The notes under the pieces were generated by a model. It was not told where the DNA came from and made no database searches. It was given only the letters and a program-made list of their open reading frames with translations. A program made the translations under genes and the position numbers. This document shows, one piece after another, positions 57,229-64,000 of a stretch of 64,000 bases of DNA (position 1 is its first letter; every line of letters starts with the position of its first letter). Location of the stretch: assembly GCA_944390355.1 (NCBI GenBank), contig CALXPT010000001.1:47115-111114 (forward strand). The letters are read 5' to 3'. The stretch comes from an uncultured Alphaproteobacteria bacterium. GTDB lineage: Bacteria; Pseudomonadota; Alphaproteobacteria; RF32; CAG-239.

Positions 57229-58875
57229 ATGGCTGATGAAAACGATAAATTTCCGGTTCACGTCAACAATAACAACGGCAACTCAAACTCTGCCGTGCGA
57301 CCTACGGAGCGCAATGGTGCAACACCCAATACACCTATGCCGACACGGACAAACGCAACGCCGAACACGCCTATGCCGACACGGCCGTCCATGACACCAA
57401 ATACGCCGGCTACATCTCGGCCGTCCATGACGCCGAACACACCTATGCCCGTGCAACACAATATGCCGCAACCCGTACAGCATCAAACACCGAATCTTCC
57501 GCAAAAATTTGCTCAGGAAGATGAGAACTCGTTGACCGTTGATGAAATCAAAGAAACCGACGTCAACGAAAAAGAAGATACCTTAACCGTTGATGAATCT
57601 AAAGAAACCGATGTTCATGAGGCCGAAGACACTCTTGTTGTTGATGAAGCAAACACGGCAACCGTTCATCAAGCCGAAAATGAACAACCACAAACACCGG
57701 TTGAACCCGAAAACGAAAATACAGATGATCAAACCGGTGAAGCGGAAAGACGTCCAGATGAGCCGGCCAACACCGATTTGGACAGCGACAAAAAAGGTCC
57801 GTTTGCTCCCAAAGACATTATCGAATATATGTTTAATGACTGGCTCATCGGCGGAATGAATGAAGCTTGGTGCTGGCTCTCAAAAAAAACCGACCTTGCC
57901 TATTATCGCGACAGATATGAAAAACGCCGTAAAGCCAATAATAAGGTCGAAGCCAAAGAGGTGAAGGAACACCAGACCTTTAAGGATATGGAAACTCTTG
58001 ATAAAATGGCCAATGATGACATCGCCAAAAAGAGCGAAAGCATCGGTCGATATAACAGCTTGGTTGAAACGGCAGATAAAATCCGTGAAGGCAAAATTGA
58101 TGAAACTAACCTCAGCCCCGAGGCTAAAGCCGATTTGAAAGCTGCCGATCAACAAAAATTGCAACAATTTTTGAACCCGCAGAGTATTCAAAAGGCTCAA
58201 GAAAATATGAAAATGACCTTGGAGGCGGCGGCGGTTTTTTCCAACAACTATGCTTTGTTGATGGCGATGGATGCCAAAATGCAAAATTCTTCGGCCGAAG
58301 ACCTCAAAGATATGAAAAAAGCTTTTGCCAAATATCAGGCCGAAGGTTTTAAGTTTTATGCCAAAGCTATCGGTGATGCCGTTCGCAGCGGGCAAGACCC
58401 CAATCAGGTCAACCAGCAACTCATGAACATTGTTAATCAAGGTATCGATAAAATGCATAAAGACGTTACCAAAGGAAACTTTGACGGGTGCAACAAGAAG
58501 AGACTTATCGGACATAAAAAAGGAAAATACAAAGGAAATGAGTTTGTTGATAAGTTAAATGCTTTGCGCAACGGCGTGGATTTGGACAACTATCAGCCCA
58601 TGTCTTTCCGCGAGGCGGTGGTTATGTCTCAGGCTTATGATACGCAATCGCAATACAAGCTTGATGAGTTGGCTCTGAGTTCGGCTCGCGCGGCTAACGA
58701 CAACCGCCGCAACAGCGCACATCAAGCGATTGATAATATGAATAATCCTTACTATAATAATTCCCGCGGAAATACGCAGACTCAAAATCAGCAGCAGTCT
58801 CAATCCCATTCGCAAACGCAACAAAATCAACAAGTGCCGCCGATTAATCCTAATTTCAGAGACGGGGGCAGATAG
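57229..58875 (+). CDS. Repeat-containing protein: Pro/Thr-rich N-repeats, acidic 16-aa repeats, Q-rich C-tail; 548 aa
   Basis: Tandem nucleotide and amino-acid repeats (TPNTPMPTR; EDTLTVDE.KETDV); no TM. Confidence 0.5.
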   Translation: MADENDKFPVHVNNNNGNSNSAVRPTERNGATPNTPMPTRTNATPNTPMPTRPSMTPNTPATSRPSMTPNTPMPVQHNMPQPVQHQTPNLPQKFAQEDENSLTVDEIKETDVNEKEDTLTVDESKETDVHEAEDTLVVDEANTATVHQAENEQPQTPVEPENENTDDQTGEAERRPDEPANTDLDSDKKGPFAPKDIIEYMFNDWLIGGMNEAWCWLSKKTDLAYYRDRYEKRRKANNKVEAKEVKEHQTFKDMETLDKMANDDIAKKSESIGRYNSLVETADKIREGKIDETNLSPEAKADLKAADQQKLQQFLNPQSIQKAQENMKMTLEAAAVFSNNYALLMAMDAKMQNSSAEDLKDMKKAFAKYQAEGFKFYAKAIGDAVRSGQDPNQVNQQLMNIVNQGIDKMHKDVTKGNFDGCNKKRLIGHKKGKYKGNEFVDKLNALRNGVDLDNYQPMSFREAVVMSQAYDTQSQYKLDELALSSARAANDNRRNSAHQAIDNMNNPYYNNSRGNTQTQNQQQSQSHSQTQQNQQVPPINPNFRDGGR

Positions 58876-58893
58876 TTTGGAGATTTTACCGGC

Positions 58894-59376
58894 ATGAAAA
58901 AAACTCTTAAATTCTGTTTTGTCGGCGTGGTTTGGTCCGCTCTTTTCTTGGGCGGTATGAACCTCTTGTTCATGCTGCTTTGGAATTTTAATCTGTTCCA
59001 CTGGTCTGACTGGAAAATTATTGCTCTTTTCTGGAATAGCGGCGGGGTTATTCGTTCCGCTTCCGATTTTGCGTTTTTGCTCCTCTTAGTACTGTGTTTT
59101 ACCATATGGATTTGGGGTTGGAAAAAAGCCCTCAAAATTAATGTTCTCGCTATTTTGATGAAGCCTTTGGAATATTATCGCAAATATGAGCTTAAAAAAT
59201 ACGGCGAATCGTCAAGAATTGTCTTGAAAAACATCGGCTTTTCGGCTAAAACTGGTAGTGATGACGAGATTATTAAAACCGAGCTGAAAAAAATCGCAAA
59301 AGAAATCGATGATTCTAAAGAAGTTCCCAAAATAAGAGAAGTTGTTAACGAAAGAATCAGCGATATCAAAAAATAA
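58894..59376 (+). CDS. Membrane protein, 160 aa (N-domain paralogous to the next gene)
   Basis: Shares a W-rich TM layout with the 59433..60842 N-terminus. Confidence 0.45.
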   Translation: MKKTLKFCFVGVVWSALFLGGMNLLFMLLWNFNLFHWSDWKIIALFWNSGGVIRSASDFAFLLLLVLCFTIWIWGWKKALKINVLAILMKPLEYYRKYELKKYGESSRIVLKNIGFSAKTGSDDEIIKTELKKIAKEIDDSKEVPKIREVVNERISDIKK

Positions 59377-59432
59377 TCTCTTGTTAACTTATGTATGCTA
59401 GCATATTCTATCTGTTATGAGGATTTTGTGCA

Positions 59433-60842
59433 TTGAAACCTTTGGTTATTTTAACGAGAATCTTATGTGTCGGCCTCTTTTGGAGCTTGTTCTTCATTGA
59501 AGGCGTCAGAGTGATTATGCTCCGTAACTGGCATTTTGATATCTTTCAGACTGCACACTGGAATCATGCTTGGAATCTTTGGCTCTCCGGTTGGGTTATT
59601 CGTACCCCTAAGGAATGGGCCTTCGTTCTTATCATTTTGACTTTTATTCCCCTCTGGTTGTGCGGATGGTCCGCTCTGAGTTTAATCAAATGGGAAAAAA
59701 TCGCCGTTAAAGCTGCTGATTTTCCTGTCATTTTGTTCCGCAAATTCTTCTTTCGTCCGGTTAAAATCATTACAACTTCGGGCGGGATGAAAAACATCAA
59801 AAAGAAAAAATCTTACAAAGAAGTCCGCCCCAAAAGTTTGCGCTTGCCTCTTGATGAACGCCCCGATGTTATGCCAAGCAATTTGTTACAATCTCCTCGT
59901 GCAAAGTTCTCTGCCCCGCAAAGTGTTGCAAACTTCGGTGCTACTCCGGTTGGACAGACAAATCCGACACCGGCTCCTACTCCTAAATTTCTCGAAACTC
60001 CGGTTTCTTCCGAGCCTAAGCAGTTTAGCCATTCTTTGTTTGATATGGACAGCAAAGATGATGATTTTGATTTCAATATCGATGATTTTGATTTAACCGA
60101 ATCCGATAACAAAAAATCATCTCCCGAAGAAGCTCCGCGTAAAAACCTTCCGCAAAAAAGAGATAATCAACGCGAGATGCGCGATAACTCTCCTAAGGAT
60201 AATTCTTCAAGGGATAATGCTCCCAGAGAACGTAACGGCAAAAAAAATCGTGATAATAATGCCAATTTACCCGCAACCGCCCGCCATAATAACCAGCCGG
60301 CAAATACAAAACAAGCTAATCTGCCGTCTCAACCCAAAGGCAGCGGAAACTCCGTTTTGGATGTTATTAAACAGCATGGGTTTGATGTTATTGCCGGTGC
60401 GACCATTAAAAACAACCTTATTGATTTTATCGGTGTGGCTCAAAACCAAATCGTCCTTTGTCTGATTGATAAAGAAACAGGAGATTGGCTCGCCGATGAA
60501 GAGCGTTTTAATGATGAAGAGCCTTTATGGTTTTCGGAAAGCAGCCACCGAATTTCTCCGGTCAGAAAAGTAGACATTGCGCGGAAAGTGCTTACGGAAA
60601 CTCTTGATACTCAAGGATTGCGCTTTGAGGTTAAGCCCTTTGTCATCGTTTCTATCGGAAATATTATTAATGCGGAAGATATGTTTGACATTTGGGATGA
60701 TTTAGGTGTCAATGTTACGCGTATTGACCGCGGAACGCCCAAAGAAATTAAACTTTTTGCCAGAACTCTGCCTGATGCTCGAGAGCCTATCGGCAAAGGG
60801 GATTTTGAAAATATTAAGAAAATTATTCATAACATTGCATAA
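59433..60842 (+). CDS. Membrane protein with disordered linker and a C-terminal globular domain (possible PD-(D/E)xK/NERD-like)
   Basis: TTG start; C-domain contains D...CLIDKE...EVK; ends 18 nt before the coupling-protein gene. Confidence 0.4.
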   Translation: MKPLVILTRILCVGLFWSLFFIEGVRVIMLRNWHFDIFQTAHWNHAWNLWLSGWVIRTPKEWAFVLIILTFIPLWLCGWSALSLIKWEKIAVKAADFPVILFRKFFFRPVKIITTSGGMKNIKKKKSYKEVRPKSLRLPLDERPDVMPSNLLQSPRAKFSAPQSVANFGATPVGQTNPTPAPTPKFLETPVSSEPKQFSHSLFDMDSKDDDFDFNIDDFDLTESDNKKSSPEEAPRKNLPQKRDNQREMRDNSPKDNSSRDNAPRERNGKKNRDNNANLPATARHNNQPANTKQANLPSQPKGSGNSVLDVIKQHGFDVIAGATIKNNLIDFIGVAQNQIVLCLIDKETGDWLADEERFNDEEPLWFSESSHRISPVRKVDIARKVLTETLDTQGLRFEVKPFVIVSIGNIINAEDMFDIWDDLGVNVTRIDRGTPKEIKLFARTLPDAREPIGKGDFENIKKIIHNIA

Positions 60843-60860
60843 GCTGTTTAAGGAGTTGAT

Positions 60861-63053
60861 ATGTCTGAGAGCCGTGGTGAAGAATGGGAAGAATATGATA
60901 AAGCCGTCAAATGGATGATGGTTACTTTTATCGTTACTCTCGCCGTTACGATTTTTTTTGCTTTGTTTTCCTTGCCGCTCGGCTATCTTATCGGCGCAGG
61001 TGTGTCTAAAGGAAGTATGGCGGTTACGGGACAATTTTTGCAAGCCGTGTTTTCCGACCCGTCTTATCTGATTTCCAGATACGGTAGTTGGTTCAGGCAG
61101 CTCGCCGCTTATAACGGTTCTTTTTCCGCCAGTTTATGGCTTCCGATTATTCCGTTTATTTCTCTGCCTGTCGGTATTACCATCGGCTATCTGACAAATC
61201 CGTATCGTTTTCAATCAAATATTCATGGTGCGGCTCGTTTGGCTACAGAAAAAGATATTCGCAAAATGCCGCTGCTCGGGTTTGACGGCTTTTGTCAGGT
61301 GGTCGGAAAGTTTAACGGCAAAATGCTTATGCTTAAGGAAACTCTCGCTACCCTTTGCTGCGCTCCTCCGGGTACCGGTAAAACTGCCGGCGTGGTTATT
61401 CCTACCATTTTTAATTCTCATGGGTTGAGTATTATCGTTAATGACCCAAAACCTGAGTTGTGTTATTCTACAACCGGAGCCAGAGCTAAAGACGGCCCAG
61501 TGTTTGTTATTAACTGGGGTGCTGAAGACAACCCTGCCGAAGGTATTTATTATCCGAGCTGGAATCCTCTTTCACCAAACGCTTTGCCCGCTCCGGGGCC
61601 GGACAGAGACATGTATATCGACTCTATGTGCAATATCTTGGTGGAAGACCCTAAAGGCGGTGCCGACCCTCACTGGTCGACAACCGGTCGTGCCGCACTA
61701 ACCGGATTCATCCATTTTGTGTCTTTTAAATGCGAAAAAGCTCGCGCCAATGACTATTTTATCGGGCGAATCTATGAAGGCAAAATGGATGAAGAAGATA
61801 AACGCGTGCTGGAAGGATATTATCTTGAAATGCATGACCCGCTTGCGGCTAAGGCTATTCAAGATTTGCGCTCCGGCAACCTCACGATTGACAACTATTT
61901 GCCGATTGGTTCTTGGGCTCTGCTACCGGAAAAATGGATTGGACACGAGTCTTGCCTCGCGATGATTTTGGAATGGATTACCGAAGCGCAGATTAAGCAA
62001 TCTGAAGAAATTAAACGTCGCTTGGAAGAAGGCGACCAGATGGCGGCCATGGCTGATCCAATGCGAAATATGCTTGAAGAAGCAATCGATGAAGCCAGAA
62101 AATACGGTTATTCTCAACGCTGTATCGTCGAACTCAGCCAGCTCAGCGCAATGCCGGATAAAGAGCGCGGTTCCGTGTTGTCTACAGGTTTGGCCGGTAT
62201 CGGTATTTTCAAAAACGCGGCCGTGGTTTCGCGCACGAGTTTTTCGGATTTGCAATTTAAGGATTTGCGCGGTATGAAGGATCCGGTTACCGGTGAGTGG
62301 AAGCCGATTTCGGTTTATTTGTCCGTTAACCAAGTTGATGCGCGCGCGTTGAACATTATTTCAGGTACATTTATCGAGTTAATGTCATCTTATTTGATTG
62401 CGAATCCGCCTAAATTCAAAAATAAAACCGACGGTGTTATGGGACCGTTTCCAGCTTTGTTCGTACTCGATGAGTTTCCGCAAATGCCTAAGCTTAAAGC
62501 TATTATCGACGGACCTGCCGTCGGTCGTGGTCAGAAAGTGTCTTATCTGCTCATCGGGCAAGATTTGGGGCAAATCTCCGGAAAATACGGAAAGGACGAT
62601 TTGGAAACGGTTATTTCTACAACGGCTTGCAAAGTTATTCTTTCTCAAAACAATGAGGTTACCGCTCAGCGTTTCTCTAAGATGATTGGCAACAAGACCG
62701 TACAGACAACCTCTTTTTCTAAAACTGAAGGGTTGGGCAAAGGGGCGAATCCGTTCTCCAAAAACGTGTCTTATCAGCTGCAGGGAACGTCGGTTATTTC
62801 AACGACGCAGTTGTTGAGTTTGCCGATGCTTAAACAGGTGGTATTGATGCAAGGGTCTATTGACCGGCCGATTATGGCTGATTCTCCTCGTTGGTATTTG
62901 GACAAGAAGATGAAGGCATTGGCGGCTTTGCCTCCTTCTCCTTGGGTGCCGGATTGGATTGTGGCGCAACGTGAAGATATTAATGATGATATGTTAGCCA
63001 AACTTGCCGAACCGGAGGCTCTCAGTGATGAAGACTTGGAGGATGATGAATAA
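60861..63053 (+). CDS. Type IV secretion coupling protein (VirD4/TraG family)
   Basis: N-terminal TMs, HGAARLATEKDI (HGSARWA-like), Walker A APPGTGKT, NDPKPEL (DPKGE-like), Walker B FVLDEFPQMPKL; acidic C-tail EDLEDDE. Confidence 0.8.
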   Translation: MSESRGEEWEEYDKAVKWMMVTFIVTLAVTIFFALFSLPLGYLIGAGVSKGSMAVTGQFLQAVFSDPSYLISRYGSWFRQLAAYNGSFSASLWLPIIPFISLPVGITIGYLTNPYRFQSNIHGAARLATEKDIRKMPLLGFDGFCQVVGKFNGKMLMLKETLATLCCAPPGTGKTAGVVIPTIFNSHGLSIIVNDPKPELCYSTTGARAKDGPVFVINWGAEDNPAEGIYYPSWNPLSPNALPAPGPDRDMYIDSMCNILVEDPKGGADPHWSTTGRAALTGFIHFVSFKCEKARANDYFIGRIYEGKMDEEDKRVLEGYYLEMHDPLAAKAIQDLRSGNLTIDNYLPIGSWALLPEKWIGHESCLAMILEWITEAQIKQSEEIKRRLEEGDQMAAMADPMRNMLEEAIDEARKYGYSQRCIVELSQLSAMPDKERGSVLSTGLAGIGIFKNAAVVSRTSFSDLQFKDLRGMKDPVTGEWKPISVYLSVNQVDARALNIISGTFIELMSSYLIANPPKFKNKTDGVMGPFPALFVLDEFPQMPKLKAIIDGPAVGRGQKVSYLLIGQDLGQISGKYGKDDLETVISTTACKVILSQNNEVTAQRFSKMIGNKTVQTTSFSKTEGLGKGANPFSKNVSYQLQGTSVISTTQLLSLPMLKQVVLMQGSIDRPIMADSPRWYLDKKMKALAALPPSPWVPDWIVAQREDINDDMLAKLAEPEALSDEDLEDDE

Positions 63054-63080
63054 TTTTATCCTTTGATTTTGGTTATAAAT

Positions 63081-63113
63081 AAAGCCCGCTCTTTAAGAAC
63101 GGGCTTTTGTTTA
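63081..63113. terminator. Bidirectional terminator
   Basis: aaagcccg-ctctttaagaa-cgggcttt followed by a T-run. Confidence 0.6.
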
Positions 63114-63145
63114 TGGTTATATTTTTTTTTACTAGAACTGTACCT

Positions 63146-64000
63146 CTAAAGCTTTGTCCATATCTCTACCTCTAAAGCACTGTCCATAGTGGTCTCACCT
63201 GCAAATATTGTATAACACGTTTGTCCATCGCCTTCAGTTATTGTCTTAACTTCATTCGTTAAAAAGTTATAGCATTTGTAGCTGTTTGAACCTACTTTTT
63301 CAGCAAAATAAAACCGATTTAATATATCATCTGAATAAGCTTTTCTTAAAGTGCTCAAATTATCACCATATACACTTGAATCTGAAAATCCATTAACATC
63401 ATTTGAGCCGTCAGTTAGTTCTACAAGAAATTCTTCCCAACGAACCTGATACGCACATGCCTTCTCTGATTCATAGTAATCTACACCGGCCAAACCATCA
63501 GGATAGTCGCCAAGACACATATATTTATATGCTCGAAATCCATTTGCTGAACTCCGCTTTGGCTTTGTTGCTTCTACTGAATTACTTAAATCAACAATTC
63601 TGTCTCTTATTAGGCTAGAAGAATCATCCCAATTATATTTATATCCAATAATTACGCCGACTAATTTACCATATCCACTCTGTATTGACTTAAAACAGTC
63701 TCCGCTACCATACAAATAACCTCTAAAATTACATCTCTTTCTCGGACAATGTTTATAAGTTCCTCCACATCCATTATCATCGGTAACATAACTATTGGGA
63801 CAAGAACGCAAATTGCCATCTTGTCTTGGAGTACATTTTTTACAAACTGTTCTTGCTCCGCCACATCCATCATCTACTGCTACCGTTCCATTAGGACAAT
63901 TTGTCTCACTTGGTAATGGCGTACAACTACAGGCCCATTTTTCTCCAAACGGACATTTGAGACATCCTCCTGTATTGGTACTGCTATTATATCCTAATGT
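63146..64000 (-). CDS. Cysteine-rich secreted-type protein, 5' end beyond the window
   Basis: The reading frame stays open upstream of the track's TTG at 63811 (no stop to the window edge; repeated ...DDGCGG...CKKCTP...RSCPNSY... modules). Confidence 0.5.
   Translation of the reverse strand, partial: TLGYNSSTNTGGCLKCPFGEKWACSCTPLPSETNCPNGTVAVDDGCGGARTVCKKCTPRQDGNLRSCPNSYVTDDNGCGGTYKHCPRKRCNFRGYLYGSGDCFKSIQSGYGKLVGVIIGYKYNWDDSSSLIRDRIVDLSNSVEATKPKRSSANGFRAYKYMCLGDYPDGLAGVDYYESEKACAYQVRWEEFLVELTDGSNDVNGFSDSSVYGDNLSTLRKAYSDDILNRFYFAEKVGSNSYKCYNFLTNEVKTITEGDGQTCYTIFAGETTMDSALEVEIWTKL

Noticed and set aside
57880-58515. 211-aa minus-strand ORF
   Set aside because: It is antisense within the 548-aa repeat-protein gene.
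1-64000. CRISPR arrays, IS elements, integrases or prophage
   Set aside because: No regularly spaced direct repeats and no transposase or integrase ORFs were found; the repeats seen are intragenic or the Brt-like duplication.

Overview
This 64-kb window comes from a low-GC (~38-42%) alphaproteobacterial chromosome; the alphaproteobacterial assignment rests on the cell-cycle regulator GcrA, an RpoH-type sigma-32, the conserved era-rnc-lepB-acpS-spoT-rpoZ block and an alphaproteobacterial-type PhoB. The gene content (many secreted Cys-rich proteins, an orphan T4SS coupling protein, a eukaryote-like kinase fold) suggests a host-associated lifestyle, but I cannot name the species.

Conserved core blocks are era-rnc-lepB-acpS-spoT-rpoZ, uvrC-pgsA-response regulator, gcrA, a MotA/MotB-like stator pair, rpe-phoB, class II fba, mpl-ldcA (peptidoglycan recycling), kdsB, trmN6-like methyltransferase, corA, dtd, rpoH and rluD.

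Accessory and unusual content, in order of interest:
- A two-gene secreted cassette (Cys-rich protein plus DUF1566/Lcl-like protein with NKIT heptad repeats) occurs twice, in inverted orientation 25 kb apart, with a third related Cys-rich gene running off the 3' edge.
- An XRE-family regulator is preceded on its own strand by a promoter, a ~240-nt structured RNA and a terminator, an arrangement reminiscent of Bartonella Brt-Trp loci. A second degenerate copy carries compensatory stem mutations and a truncated XRE 5' fragment, and the two copies flank a G-rich tandem-repeat island.
- An orphan VirD4/TraG-family coupling protein sits in a cluster of uncharacterised Pro-rich/acidic repeat proteins and two paralogous membrane proteins, one with a possible PD-(D/E)xK-like C-terminal domain.
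- An AT-rich gene encodes a protein-kinase-like (probably pseudokinase) fold with a C-terminal membrane anchor, translationally coupled to a membrane protein gene.
- A promoter- and terminator-bounded candidate sRNA lies between the ferritin-like gene and fba.
- A YjfB-like small ORF missing from the ORF track, an acidic-tailed RpoZ and a Lys/Ala-rich tail on PgsA.

No rRNA, tRNA, CRISPR array or IS transposase was recognised.
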